Below, piece by piece: positions 8,653 to 19,114 of a DNA stretch of 64,000 nucleotides. The notes beneath the pieces were generated by a model. It was given only the letters and a program-made list of their open reading frames with translations. It searched no databases and was not told the origin of the DNA. Both the position numbers and the translations under genes were made by a program. Position 1 is the first letter of the stretch. Every line of letters begins with the position of its first letter. The stretch covers positions 109,718 through 173,717 of the forward strand of contig JACPLC010000001.1 of assembly GCA_016186695.1 (NCBI GenBank). The letters run 5' to 3'. The DNA comes from Candidatus Kaiserbacteria bacterium. Its GTDB lineage: Bacteria; Patescibacteriota; Minisyncoccia; Phycocordibacterales; UBA2100.

Positions 8653-9840
8653 CTAGCCCTCGACGACTTTTATTTTTGAGGCGGCGCGTTTCCCTTTTGC
8701 ACGGGCTTCGGAGACGGTCTCCGCAGTTGCGAGGACGACGGCCATGCGGCGGTGTTTGATGACCTCGGGTTTCCCGAAGATGCGGACCCATGTGCCCGAT
8801 TCTTTGAGCGCTTTCTCTACTCCTTCATACGTGGGATTTTTCATGTCGCCTTCGGCAAGAATTGCGACCGAGGCGCCGGGGTGGCAGGGAATTTCCGGAA
8901 TCGGGAGGCCGAGAATTGCACGCACGTGTAGCTCCATCTCACTCATGCTCTGTGAGACCATGGTGACCATGCCGGTGTCGTGCGGCCGCGGCGAGATTTC
9001 CGAAAAGTAGACGTCGTCGCCTTTGATAAAAAGCTCGCATCCGAAGATGCCGCGACCACTCTCGCCGCACAGGTCGTCCACAATTTTCTTTCCTATGGCA
9101 TGAGCTTTCTTTAGCTGTGTTTCGTTCATCTCGTGCGGCTGCCATGATTCCCGATAATCTCCGGCGATTTGGATATGCCCGACAGGCGCGCAAAACGATA
9201 TCCCCGCGGCGTGTCGCACGGTGAGAAGCGTGATCTCGGAGTCAAATTTGATCTGTCCTTCGACGATGACCTTGCCGGTTTTTCCGCGGCCCGACTCCAT
9301 CGCAAAGTTCCATGCGTTTTCCAGTTCACTTTCTTTCTCCACCTTGCTCTGTCCGTGTCCTGAAGAAGACATCGTTGGCTTCACGAAGCAGGGGAAGCCG
9401 ACGTCGGCCGCACCCTTTTTGAGCTCTTCAAGTGATGAAGCGAAGTGGTACGGCGACGTCGGGAGTTTCAACTCTTCTGCGGCAAGGCGGCGGATACCTT
9501 CGCGATCCATCGTGAGACGTGTCGCCCTCGCGGTGGGGATCACGGTCCAACCTTCTTTCTCGAGCTCCACCAGAGTCGGCGTCGCGATTGCTTCGATCTC
9601 GGGGACAATGTATGTCGGCTTTTCTTTTTCCACGATTTCGCGGATCTTTGTGCCGTCGAGCATCGGAAAAACATACGAGCGGTGCGCGATCTGTTGCGCG
9701 GGAGCGCCTTCGTACCGATCGCACGCGACGACCTCGCAGCCGAGCCGCATCGCTTCAATCGCGACTTCTTTGCCGAGTTCGCCGCTTCCGAGGAGGAGGA
9801 TTTTTATCGCGGAGGGCTTCAGCGGAGTACCAAATCTCAT
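8653..9840 (-). CDS. purT: Formate-dependent GAR transformylase
   Basis: [45 protein letters not shown]. Confidence 0.95.
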   Translation of the reverse strand: MRFGTPLKPSAIKILLLGSGELGKEVAIEAMRLGCEVVACDRYEGAPAQQIAHRSYVFPMLDGTKIREIVEKEKPTYIVPEIEAIATPTLVELEKEGWTVIPTARATRLTMDREGIRRLAAEELKLPTSPYHFASSLEELKKGAADVGFPCFVKPTMSSSGHGQSKVEKESELENAWNFAMESGRGKTGKVIVEGQIKFDSEITLLTVRHAAGISFCAPVGHIQIAGDYRESWQPHEMNETQLKKAHAIGKKIVDDLCGESGRGIFGCELFIKGDDVYFSEISPRPHDTGMVTMVSQSMSEMELHVRAILGLPIPEIPCHPGASVAILAEGDMKNPTYEGVEKALKESGTWVRIFGKPEVIKHRRMAVVLATAETVSEARAKGKRAASKIKVVEG

Positions 9841-9867
9841 AGAAGAATTATACGCGATACTCTAACG

Positions 9868-10608
9868 TCAAAAGCCTAAGCGCTGCCACCAACGTGTTAC
9901 GCGTCGGTGTCCTTGAACTAGCGGTATTCGGTGTATGTGTTGCCACCATTCGTAAAATGTCCCGAAAAAGAGACCGGAACAGAAATAGAAAATAACGTCA
10001 TCAATAGGGACGCCAACGAAGAGCAGATGTGGTGTATTTTTGAACATGTAAAAAGAGTCAATCCAAGACGGGGTGAGATAGTTCAACGCCGCATATATGG
10101 GAATAGAAAAAAGAACCAAAAGTAACCCATTTAACAGCGCGACTTTGATTAGATCTCTTCGCGCCCCCCACATGAATGCAGTCGGGATGACCAGTGCAAG
10201 GACCGTCGCGATCAAACTGTTCGTACCCAGCAAGAAGAAACTCCCGTAGAAAAGAAGAGCCATCGAAAAAAATGTCACGCACAACACGTGAATCTCCCGA
10301 AGCGTAAAAATTGTTCTCGGAGATGTGTCTCGCATGCGCAGGAGATATTCCGGTAAGACTGCCGCAACACCGATGATGCCAAATGATGCGATAAGCGCTT
10401 CGCCACTTAGTGGTGGGGTTCCAATGACGGTGACAGGTGTCCACCAATCTTTTACATAGAGGGCATCGGCTCCTATTCCGAGTACAGCTAATGGCAGCGA
10501 TAGAGAAAGTAGCTTGGGGCGTTCGTCTTTCCGGCGGATGTAAAGAAAAAGCCACGCCAGAGCAAAAAAGATTCCTAAGAGCAAGTATGTATACTTCTCG
10601 TCGATCAC
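9868..10608 (-). CDS. Multi-TM membrane protein, lycopene-cyclase-domain-like
   Basis: About 7 TM segments; two similar halves ending G.PPLSGE and GVPIDD; lower GC. Confidence 0.55.
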   Translation of the reverse strand: MIDEKYTYLLLGIFFALAWLFLYIRRKDERPKLLSLSLPLAVLGIGADALYVKDWWTPVTVIGTPPLSGEALIASFGIIGVAAVLPEYLLRMRDTSPRTIFTLREIHVLCVTFFSMALLFYGSFFLLGTNSLIATVLALVIPTAFMWGARRDLIKVALLNGLLLVLFSIPIYAALNYLTPSWIDSFYMFKNTPHLLFVGVPIDDVIFYFCSGLFFGTFYEWWQHIHRIPLVQGHRRVTRWWQRLGF

Positions 10609-10631
10609 ACCTTCATTGTAGCGCTATAAAA

Positions 10632-11285
10632 TCACGCGCGGGCGAGTGCTAAGAGGATGACATTCGCGCCCGCGCGGCGCAGCGGTGTTGCCGCGTTTGC
10701 GAGTGTCGCACCGGTTGTCGTTACGTCGTCGATGAGAAAAACGTGCGTGTCGTGAACAAGTGTCTCGTCGCTGACCGCGAATACACCGGCGACGTTCGAG
10801 AGACGCTCGGAGCGGGGGAGTCTTGTCTGCGGCTTTGTCGCGCGCGTTCGCGCGAGCGTGTGAGGCATAAGTGTCGCGATCGTGCCATCGCGGAATTCTG
10901 CTGGAAGGGCGCGAAGGACGAGCTCGATCTGGTTCCACCCGCGCTCGCGCGTACGGGTCTTGTGCAGAGGGACGGGGACGATGAGGACGTTTCGTGCGCT
11001 GAATGTTCGCGAAGAAGAAATCTCTTCGCGCAAATAGTCTGCAAGCACCGCAGCTGCAAGTTTCGCGGCATACGCAGAGCCGTCGTACTTGAGAGAGCGG
11101 ATAAGATCTTCGACTGCCGGATTTTGATACTCCATCAAGGTGGTGATGCGAACGCCGAGGAGATCGTGCGGCATAGGCGAGAGCGGAATGTCTTCCATTT
11201 GTCTTGCCTCCGTTCGCATCCGCCGCTCCCGCCTCGGCAAAACGGCATCTAAAGCGGAATTCATGATGTCTTTCCAGAGTGCCAT
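10632..11285 (-). CDS. comF: ComF-family competence protein (PRTase fold)
   Basis: VPVPLH..R.RERGWNQ, LIDDVTTTGAT. Confidence 0.9.
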   Translation of the reverse strand: MALWKDIMNSALDAVLPRRERRMRTEARQMEDIPLSPMPHDLLGVRITTLMEYQNPAVEDLIRSLKYDGSAYAAKLAAAVLADYLREEISSSRTFSARNVLIVPVPLHKTRTRERGWNQIELVLRALPAEFRDGTIATLMPHTLARTRATKPQTRLPRSERLSNVAGVFAVSDETLVHDTHVFLIDDVTTTGATLANAATPLRRAGANVILLALARA

Positions 11286-11299
11286 GCTAGGATTTTCCC

Positions 11300-11626
11300 A
11301 TGGATCTCACGAAGAAAAAGTGTGTCCCATGCGAGGCGGGCGTGGCTCCGCTTACGAAGGAAGAAGCGGAGAAATACATGCAACAGGTGAAAGGATGGCA
11401 CCTTTCGGGCGATGCGAAGCATATCTCAAAGGAGTTCAAGCTTGAGAACTTTCTCGAGGCAATGGCGTTTGGGAACAAGATAACGGCAGTCGCAGAAGCT
11501 GAAGGCCATCACCCCGATCTCTCTATCGGCTGGGGAAGGGTCGGTATTGAGCTCTCGACCCATGCCATTAAGGGCCTCTCTGAGAACGACTTCATTCTAG
11601 CGGCAAAGATTGACCAGATTCAGTAA
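11300..11626 (+). CDS. phhB: Pterin-4a-carbinolamine dehydratase
   Basis: CVPC, AEAEGHHPD, THAIKGLSENDFILAAKID. Confidence 0.92.
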   Translation: MDLTKKKCVPCEAGVAPLTKEEAEKYMQQVKGWHLSGDAKHISKEFKLENFLEAMAFGNKITAVAEAEGHHPDLSIGWGRVGIELSTHAIKGLSENDFILAAKIDQIQ

Positions 11627-11683
11627 AACGGACTCGTCTGCTTGCGCATTTCACACAACAATTGAGTGCTATAATTCAGTCCA

Positions 11684-12832
11684 ATGGCGTTTTCGCTAGG
11701 CAGTATTACGCAAAAAATTTCTTCCGCGTTCGGCGGTGGCGGAGAGGGAAGTTTTCTTGGCATCGACATCGGCACGAGTTCCGCTAAAATCGTACAGTTG
11801 CGCGCCTCGCACGGCGCCGCAATTCTCGAAACGTACGGCGAGATCGCGCTAGGGCCCTATGGCGGTCAGCCAATCGGAAAGGCTGTCAAACTTACGCCAG
11901 AAAAGACGGCCGAAGCGCTGATTGATTTGATGAAGGAGGCGAATGTCACGGCCCGCTCGGGCGGGCTTTCCATCCCGTTTTCGTCAAGTCTTATTTCGGT
12001 CTTGGAATTTCCAAAAGTCGACGAGGGGACACTTAAGCGCATGGTTCCCATAGAGGCCCGCAAGTACATTCCGGTGCCTGTTTCTGAAGTTACGCTCGAC
12101 TGGTTCGTCATTCCGCAGGATGAGGTCGAGAAAAGTGCCTTCGATCGCATAGAAGGTGTGCCGCAAAAACCGAAGGGGCAGGAGGTGCTTCTCGTTGCAA
12201 TTCACAACGACGCAGTAAGCGGATTTCAGACGACTGTGGAAACAGCCGGCATTCATATCGACTACTACGAGATCGAGATTTTTGGCGCGATACGCTCCTC
12301 GCTTTCGCACGGCATCGCACCGGTGTTGGTCGTCGACATCGGGGCATCAACGACCAAGATGTACATCGTCGAGCGGGGGATTGTACGCCTCACGCACCTC
12401 ATCTCAACAGGGGGCCAGCAGATGACAGAAACCTTAGCGCGCTCGCTCAACTGGGATTTCGAGAAAGCCGAGCGTGTGAAGCGCGAGCGGGGCCTTGAGG
12501 ACTCAAGCGCCTACTCTGCCGATGAGAACGACCGCATCAAATCAGCGCTGTTATCAACACTCTCTCGTCTCTTTTCAGAGGTGAATCGGGTACTATTGAG
12601 TTACGGGCAGCGATACAATAAGAATGTGTCGCGCGTCGTTTTGACGGGCGGCGGTGCATCGCTCCCCGGCCTCGCAGCACAGGCGAAGGCATCCTTGAGC
12701 GCGGACGTTGCACTTGCCGATCCCTTTGCCCGAACAGAGGCGCCGGCCTTTCTCGCAGACGTCTTACGGGAAATAGGTCCGGGGTTTTCGGTTTCGGTCG
12801 GTCTCGTTCTCCGCAAACTCAAGAGCACATAA
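11684..12832 (+). CDS. pilM: Type IV pilus assembly protein PilM
   Basis: Actin-like GIDIGTSSAK, VDIGASTT, LTGGG; EARKYIPVP. Confidence 0.92.
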   Translation: MAFSLGSITQKISSAFGGGGEGSFLGIDIGTSSAKIVQLRASHGAAILETYGEIALGPYGGQPIGKAVKLTPEKTAEALIDLMKEANVTARSGGLSIPFSSSLISVLEFPKVDEGTLKRMVPIEARKYIPVPVSEVTLDWFVIPQDEVEKSAFDRIEGVPQKPKGQEVLLVAIHNDAVSGFQTTVETAGIHIDYYEIEIFGAIRSSLSHGIAPVLVVDIGASTTKMYIVERGIVRLTHLISTGGQQMTETLARSLNWDFEKAERVKRERGLEDSSAYSADENDRIKSALLSTLSRLFSEVNRVLLSYGQRYNKNVSRVVLTGGGASLPGLAAQAKASLSADVALADPFARTEAPAFLADVLREIGPGFSVSVGLVLRKLKST

Positions 12833-12839
12833 CAAATTT

Positions 12840-13526
12840 ATGCCCACACAGAGCGCACCGCAGAGCTTCATACCGCATGAGGCGTCCGCCCCTATCGTGC
12901 GGCGGAGCGGAAAGGGCCTCACCGACCTCTTTGCGCTTATTGCACTCGTCCTTTTTGTCGCTTCGATCGCGCTTGCCGTCGGCATGTTTCTCTACAAGGA
13001 GTATCTTGGATCAAGTACGGCATCGAAGGTCGACCAGCTTGAGCGGGCGAAGGCAGCGTTCGAGCCGAGCCTCATCAATGAGCTGACTCGTCTCGACGAC
13101 CGGATGCAGGCGGCGGGCGAAATTCTACAGAAACATATCGCGCCCTCGGTTTTCTTCCAGATGCTCGAGCAGACAACTATCAACTCTGTTGCATTTACCT
13201 CTCTCGATTTCGAAGTGACGGATGCCGAGAACATGGCAATCAGAATGGATGGGCTCGCCGGAAGTGTGAACGGCATTGCACTGCAGGCAGATCTTTTCTC
13301 AAAAGGCGGCATGCTCACCTCTCCTATCTTTTCCAACATCAATCGGGAAGTCGATGGTGTGCACTTCAGCCTATCTGCAAACGTGAACCCTCTTGGGATT
13401 AATTTTGCCCAGCTAATCTCGGCACCCAGCGCGATCGCTCCCTCCCCGCAGGCGCTTCCTTTTGGCGTGCCCGTCGAGCCGCAACCTGAAGACACCGGTG
13501 CTGCGCAAGACGAAACCAGCCTATGA
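12840..13526 (+). CDS. PilN-like alignment protein
   Basis: SFIP N-terminus, TM, coiled coil; lies between pilM and pilO. Confidence 0.7.
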   Translation: MPTQSAPQSFIPHEASAPIVRRSGKGLTDLFALIALVLFVASIALAVGMFLYKEYLGSSTASKVDQLERAKAAFEPSLINELTRLDDRMQAAGEILQKHIAPSVFFQMLEQTTINSVAFTSLDFEVTDAENMAIRMDGLAGSVNGIALQADLFSKGGMLTSPIFSNINREVDGVHFSLSANVNPLGINFAQLISAPSAIAPSPQALPFGVPVEPQPEDTGAAQDETSL

Positions 13527-14092
13527 CGAAGACAATTCTTGCCGTCGCGGGGCTTGCAATTGCAGGAGGGGCGCTCTTCTTCTACACCCAGCCCACCTAC
13601 GACAGCGTGCGCGCACTTGAAACGCAGATTGGCGAATACAACCAGGCTCTCGAGAAGGCGGCGGAGCTGCAGAGTCTCAAGCAGTCACTTCTTTCTCGCT
13701 ACAACGCGTTCAATCCATCGGACATTGATCGTCTTCACAAGCTGCTTCCCGATCATGTAGACAATGTGCGTCTTGTGCTTGATCTCGACAACATGGCGGG
13801 CAGACACGGCATGGCGCTTCAGAACGTGACTCTCTCAAATCCGACAGAGACGGCGGACAAGGGCGCGATTGGTGCGATCGGAACGGGCAGGCAGAAGTTT
13901 AATTCGCTTACGCTCAAGTTTGCGACCCACGGTACGTATCCGAACTTTAAGGGATTCATGGAGGACCTCGAGCAGAGCCTGCGCATTGTCGACTTGGTCA
14001 GCTTAAGTTTGCAGGAAGCTGATAACAACCAAGCGGGACAGGAGCCAAGGTACCGGTACGACATTACGATCAGAACCTACTGGCTCAAATAA
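13523..14092 (+). CDS. pilO: Type IV pilus assembly protein PilO
   Basis: TM, coiled coil, KLLP, GTY..F..F...LE.SLR, TYWLK. Confidence 0.8.
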   Translation: MTKTILAVAGLAIAGGALFFYTQPTYDSVRALETQIGEYNQALEKAAELQSLKQSLLSRYNAFNPSDIDRLHKLLPDHVDNVRLVLDLDNMAGRHGMALQNVTLSNPTETADKGAIGAIGTGRQKFNSLTLKFATHGTYPNFKGFMEDLEQSLRIVDLVSLSLQEADNNQAGQEPRYRYDITIRTYWLK

Positions 14093-14093
14093 T

Positions 14094-14447
14094 ATGGGAC
14101 AGCTCTTCTCACAATACAAACTATACGCTCTGGCCCTCGTGGGCATTGCTGTAGCCATCGGTGCATGGTGGGTCTTCTCCGCGGAGCCGCAGGACGATGC
14201 ACTTCTTGCAACCGAGAGCCCGATGGGTGGCGGCCTCGTCGACAAAGAGCTCGTCGGTTCGCTTTTGCAGCTGCGCGCGGTCTCATTAGGAGGGACGATT
14301 TTCTCCGATCCGGCATTTATTGAATTGCAGGATTTCGGCACGCAGATTATTCCCGAGCCGGTAGGCCGGCCGAATCCGTTTGCGCCGACATCCTACCGCG
14401 GGACGAGCACCTCGTCGGGGAGCCAACTCTTTCAACGACGCCCCTAA
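14094..14447 (+). CDS. Pilus-cluster membrane protein (PilP position)
   Basis: TM plus GRPNPFAP motif resembling the PilP R.PF segment. Confidence 0.65.
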   Translation: MGQLFSQYKLYALALVGIAVAIGAWWVFSAEPQDDALLATESPMGGGLVDKELVGSLLQLRAVSLGGTIFSDPAFIELQDFGTQIIPEPVGRPNPFAPTSYRGTSTSSGSQLFQRRP

Positions 14448-14454
14448 GAGAGCT

Positions 14455-16167
14455 ATGCCCGCACCAGCAGCACAGAGCGTTGTCGGAGGGGCTCCGAGCC
14501 CATCGCTGAGTGCTCCGTTGCGCAGCCTCGGAGACAGCAAGGTGCCCTACGACGTGCTTCGCTACATCCCGCAGGAATCCGCGGAGCACTACAGGCTTGC
14601 GCCACTTAGCGTTACGGACGGTGTTCTCGAGGTGGGAATGGTTAGTCCGGACGACATAGGCGGCTTTGACGCGCTCAATTTCATCGCGCGCGGCACCGGG
14701 ATGCCCTTTAAGGTCTATCAGATCTCGCAGGCAGATTTCGACAGTATCTTGAGGATGTACAAAGGTTTGGGTGGGGACGTTGATAAGGCAATTACCGACC
14801 TGCAGACAGAGCAGAAAGAAACGCGAATTGCGGAGGGCGAAGCCGCACCTCTCGATCTCGGCGACCCGTCTCTCGTCCAGCAGGGATCGCTCGATAAAAA
14901 TATCCAGGAGGATGCGCCGACGATAAAAATCGTCTCAACGATTCTCCGGTACGCGATCGATGGCAAAGCTTCAGACATCCACATCGAGCCGCAGGCGCAC
15001 GGCGTGCGCGTGCGGTACCGCGTCGACGGCGATCTGCATACGAGCGTCGTCCTGCCGGCCGCGACACTTCGCCCCTTGATCGCTCGCGTTAAAGTGCTTG
15101 CGTCTATCCGGCTCGACGAACAGCGCAAGCCACAGGACGGCCGCTTTTCTGCCTCGATCGATGGCCGCGCCATCGACTTTCGCGTTTCAACGTTTCCCTC
15201 ATATCATGGGGAGAAGGTCGAGATCCGTATTCTTGACCGTGATCAGGGTTTTATTTCGCTCGATAAAATCGGATTTACCGAGCGCAACCTGCAATTGGTT
15301 CGTGAGGGTATTTCTCGTCCTCATGGTCTGATTCTTATTTCGGGGCCAACCGGCAGCGGCAAATCGACGACGCTCTACTCAATGCTTTCCGAGATGGATC
15401 GCGAGCACAAGAATGTGCTTTCACTCGAGGATCCTATCGAGTATTTCATCGACGGCGTGACGCAATCACAGGTGCGGCCGGAAATCGGGTACAGTTTCGC
15501 GAACGGCTTGAGGACGACCCTACGGCAGGATCCGGACATCATCATGGTCGGCGAGATCCGCGATGGCGAGACGGCGAAACTCGCGATACAGGCTGCGCTC
15601 ACGGGACACCTCGTGCTCTCAACAATCCACACGAACGACGCAGTCGGCACCATTCCGCGCCTCATCGACATGGGTGTGGAGCCCTATCTCATTCCGCCGG
15701 TTTTGATCGTCTCGATCGCGCAGCGTCTCGTGCGGACCCTTGCGGAAGATGGAGGTCAGGAAGTGGAGCTATCTCCCAGCGACAGGACAGCAATCGAAGC
15801 CGAGCTCTCATCGTTGCCTGCGAAGTATCGCTTTAAGATCCCGCAAAAAGTGTGGGAGCCCGTGCGAACGGCGACCTCTCCCACGGGACTACGAGGACGC
15901 ATGGCGGTATTTGAGGTTCTCGAAATGTCCCGCGAGATCGAGCGCATTATTCTCGACAATCCCGTCGAATCGCGTCTCTGGGATGCAGCCCGCGCAAGCG
16001 GCATGCTCACGATGCGCGAAGACGCGCTCATGAAAGCGTTTGGCAAACTCGTACCGTACTCGGAGGTGAACACACTTTCCACGCTTCTGGCGGGAGATGC
16101 TGAAGAAGCCGAAAAAGAAAAAACGAAGAAAGGAGCGAAGGCTGAAGGAACAGAACCAAACGTATGA
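14455..16167 (+). CDS. pilB: Pilus assembly ATPase PilB/GspE
   Basis: ASDIHIEP, PQDGR, GPTGSGKST, EDPIEY, LRQDPD..MVGEIRD, TGHLVLSTIH; the usual tetracysteine Zn motif is absent. Confidence 0.93.
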   Translation: MPAPAAQSVVGGAPSPSLSAPLRSLGDSKVPYDVLRYIPQESAEHYRLAPLSVTDGVLEVGMVSPDDIGGFDALNFIARGTGMPFKVYQISQADFDSILRMYKGLGGDVDKAITDLQTEQKETRIAEGEAAPLDLGDPSLVQQGSLDKNIQEDAPTIKIVSTILRYAIDGKASDIHIEPQAHGVRVRYRVDGDLHTSVVLPAATLRPLIARVKVLASIRLDEQRKPQDGRFSASIDGRAIDFRVSTFPSYHGEKVEIRILDRDQGFISLDKIGFTERNLQLVREGISRPHGLILISGPTGSGKSTTLYSMLSEMDREHKNVLSLEDPIEYFIDGVTQSQVRPEIGYSFANGLRTTLRQDPDIIMVGEIRDGETAKLAIQAALTGHLVLSTIHTNDAVGTIPRLIDMGVEPYLIPPVLIVSIAQRLVRTLAEDGGQEVELSPSDRTAIEAELSSLPAKYRFKIPQKVWEPVRTATSPTGLRGRMAVFEVLEMSREIERIILDNPVESRLWDAARASGMLTMREDALMKAFGKLVPYSEVNTLSTLLAGDAEEAEKEKTKKGAKAEGTEPNV

Positions 16168-16314
16168 CCCGGTAGTGAAATGTGCCTTAGGCTTACACAA
16201 ACTATGAAAACAAACAACAAACGTATCAAAAGCGCAACACGTGAGAGTTCGTCGCTCACGCCGCGGCAGCCATGCATGCGGGCCTGCCGCAAAGGCGCAT
16301 TCTACTAACCGGGT

Positions 16315-16722
16315 ATGACGGACGCAACGAAAGGGAACATCTTGTTCGTGGACGATGACAAGTTTTTGGCGGACATGTACGGTATGAAGTTCACCTCGGC
16401 GGGCTACACGGTGCAGTCATGTTTATCGGTTGCCGAAGCGCTCACTGCACTGAAATCGGGATTCGTGCCCGACGCAATTGTCTTCGACCTCACTATGCCG
16501 GAGCGCGACGGCTTCTCGTTTATCGAAGAGCTTTCGCAAGGAAAACTTGCACCCGCCGCGGCGCTCATCGCACTTACCAATCAAAGCGACCCCGCGGAGA
16601 AAACAAAGGCCGAACACTTAGGAGTCCATCGCTACATCGTGAAAGCGAGCATGATTCCGTCAGAGGTCGTGCAGGCTGTCGGGGAAGAGATAGCGAAGAG
16701 GAAGGGCGGCAAACGTTCGTAA
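16315..16722 (+). CDS. Single-domain response regulator (receiver)
   Basis: ILFVDDD, FDLTMP..DG, ALTN, YIVK. Confidence 0.9.
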   Translation: MTDATKGNILFVDDDKFLADMYGMKFTSAGYTVQSCLSVAEALTALKSGFVPDAIVFDLTMPERDGFSFIEELSQGKLAPAAALIALTNQSDPAEKTKAEHLGVHRYIVKASMIPSEVVQAVGEEIAKRKGGKRS

Positions 16723-16784
16723 GTTCGCACATCTAATTCACATCAATCCGAAATAGCGTCCGCATATCGGGGTATAATCGCACT

Positions 16785-17852
16785 ATGGCAGCAGACTACG
16801 CATCCACGCTCAAAAAATATATTAACGTGCTCGCGCACGAGGGCGGAAGTGATTTGCACTTCTCGGCGGGCGCGCATCCCACGATTCGTGCTTCCGGTAT
16901 CTTAGCGCCGATGCTCAAAGAGCCGCCGCTTTCGCCTGAAGACACCATGGGTTTTTTGAAAACGCTCATCTCTCCGGAACAGGAAAAGCGCTTTCTTGCC
17001 GACAAGGAAGTCGACTTTGCGTACGAGAGCGAAGACAAAAATCGCTTCCGCGGAAATGCCTTCTTTCAGCGGGGATCTGTTTCGATAGCGCTCCGTCTCA
17101 TCCCGAAACAGATCCGTACCGTTCAGGAGTTGAATCTTCCCGATGTGCTCACGACCTTCGCGCGGAAGACGCAGGGGTTTTTTCTCGTCGTTGGTCCTGT
17201 AGGTCAGGGAAAAACGACAACACTTGCCTCCCTCATCGAACTCATCAATACCGAACGCATGGAACACATCGTTACGATCGAGGATCCTATCGAGTACGTG
17301 TTCGAACCGAAGCAATCGCTCATCGACCAGCGGGAGGTGCGGATCGACACGAAAGATTTTGCGACCGCGCTCCAGTCTGCGTTCAGGCAGGACATCGATG
17401 TGCTTCTCGTTGGTGAGATGCGGGGACCGGAGACGATGGCTGCAGCGGTGACCGCGGCCGAAACCGGCCACCTCGTGTTCTCGACGATGCACACGAACGA
17501 CGCGGCGCAAACCGTCGATCGCATCATCGATACGTTTCCGGCTTCCCAGCAAGACCAAATCCGCCTTCAGCTTGCGGCATCTCTCGCGGGAATATTCTCT
17601 CAGCGTCTTGTCCCGCGTGTCTCGGGCGGCCTGATCCCCTCATATGAGCTTCTCGTCAACAATAAAGCTGTCGGGAACCTTATTCGAGAGCGGCGCACGC
17701 ACGAGATTCCGACCGTTATCGAAACCGGCTCTCAAGAGGGTATGATCGACATGAACCGGTCTCTTGCGGAATTGGTCGCACGTGGCGAGATTACCGTTGA
17801 GAGTGCCTACCAGTTTTCGCTCAATCCGAACGTATTGCAGAAATTACTCTAA
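16785..17852 (+). CDS. pilT: Pilus retraction ATPase PilT
   Basis: SDLHF, GPVGQGKTT, EDPIE, AAETGHLVFSTMHT, VGNLIRE. Confidence 0.93.
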   Translation: MAADYASTLKKYINVLAHEGGSDLHFSAGAHPTIRASGILAPMLKEPPLSPEDTMGFLKTLISPEQEKRFLADKEVDFAYESEDKNRFRGNAFFQRGSVSIALRLIPKQIRTVQELNLPDVLTTFARKTQGFFLVVGPVGQGKTTTLASLIELINTERMEHIVTIEDPIEYVFEPKQSLIDQREVRIDTKDFATALQSAFRQDIDVLLVGEMRGPETMAAAVTAAETGHLVFSTMHTNDAAQTVDRIIDTFPASQQDQIRLQLAASLAGIFSQRLVPRVSGGLIPSYELLVNNKAVGNLIRERRTHEIPTVIETGSQEGMIDMNRSLAELVARGEITVESAYQFSLNPNVLQKLL

Positions 17853-17856
17853 AGGT

Positions 17857-19065
17857 ATGGCGCTCTTCACATACCGCGCAGTTGATCAGGAGGGAGCCGA
17901 ACGGGCGGGTACGATCGACGCAGTCAACGTTGATGTTGCTATTACGGCGCTGCAGCGGCGCGGCCTCGTCATTTCTTCCATTGTAACGGAAGGGGAGAAG
18001 GTAAGTGCGTGGACGCGCATTTCTTTTTTCGACCGTATCACGAATGCGGATATCGTGATGGTGAGCCGTCAGGTCACCACGCTCTTCGAAGCACAGGTTT
18101 CCGCACTGCGTGCGTTCCGTCTCCTTGCGTCAGAGGCGCGTACGCCCAAGCTCGCAGAGAAACTCTCCGCCGTCGCAAGCGACATCCAGAGCGGCTCCTC
18201 GATCTCGGCGGCGCTCTCGCGGCACCCGGACGTGTTTTCCCCCTTTTACGTCAACATGGTGCGTGCGGGCGAGGAGGCTGGCAAACTGGATGAGACGTTT
18301 TCGTTCCTTGCCGATTACCTCGATCGCAATTACGAGATTACCCAAAAAGCGAGGAACGCTCTCATCTATCCGGCCTTTATCATGACTACGTTTATCGTCG
18401 TGATGGGTCTTATGATGACACTCGTAATTCCCAACCTCGCGACGCTCCTTGAGGAGCTCGGACAGAATGTCCCGATTTATACCAAAATCGTGATCGGCAT
18501 CAGCACCTTCCTCACGCGCTACATATTGCTTATTCTGATTCTTCTTGCTGTCGCGGGGGTGTTTCTCTTTCGCTTTTACCGTACTGAGGTAGGACGCGAG
18601 ATGTTTAGCCGCGCACGCTTGCAAGTTCCTGCGATCGGCGAAATCTTCAAGAAGCTCTTTCTTTCGCGCGTTGCCGACAACCTCTCGACGATGCTCAAAA
18701 GCGGCGTGCAGATCCTTCGGGGACTTGAAATAACAGGTTCTGTCGTTGGCGATGCAGTCTACGAGAAGGTACTTGTCGCCGCGGCCATAGATGTGAAAGG
18801 AGGTCTTCCGGTATCAGAGGCGTTCCGGAAGCATCCGGAAATTCCAGGCATTGTCGTTGCTATGATTAAGATCGGAGAGGAGACGGGCAACATGGCCCAA
18901 GTCCTCGACACGATGGCGCGCTTTTACCGACGTGAGGTAAATAACGCCGTGGACACGCTGGTCGGCCTCATCGAGCCATTTATGATTGTGACACTTGCCG
19001 TCGGTGTCGCGATCCTCCTTGCCTCTGTGCTTCTTCCGATTTACAACATCGCATCTGGCTTTTAG
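17857..19065 (+). CDS. pilC: Pilus platform protein PilC/GspF
   Basis: Two T2SSF repeats: MVRAGEEAGKL, ALIYP, IGEETG, LIEP. Confidence 0.93.
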   Translation: MALFTYRAVDQEGAERAGTIDAVNVDVAITALQRRGLVISSIVTEGEKVSAWTRISFFDRITNADIVMVSRQVTTLFEAQVSALRAFRLLASEARTPKLAEKLSAVASDIQSGSSISAALSRHPDVFSPFYVNMVRAGEEAGKLDETFSFLADYLDRNYEITQKARNALIYPAFIMTTFIVVMGLMMTLVIPNLATLLEELGQNVPIYTKIVIGISTFLTRYILLILILLAVAGVFLFRFYRTEVGREMFSRARLQVPAIGEIFKKLFLSRVADNLSTMLKSGVQILRGLEITGSVVGDAVYEKVLVAAAIDVKGGLPVSEAFRKHPEIPGIVVAMIKIGEETGNMAQVLDTMARFYRREVNNAVDTLVGLIEPFMIVTLAVGVAILLASVLLPIYNIASGF

Positions 19066-19114
19066 GCTATCCACACAAGATTTCAGAGCGCATTCCGTCT
19101 GCTATACTAGGTGC

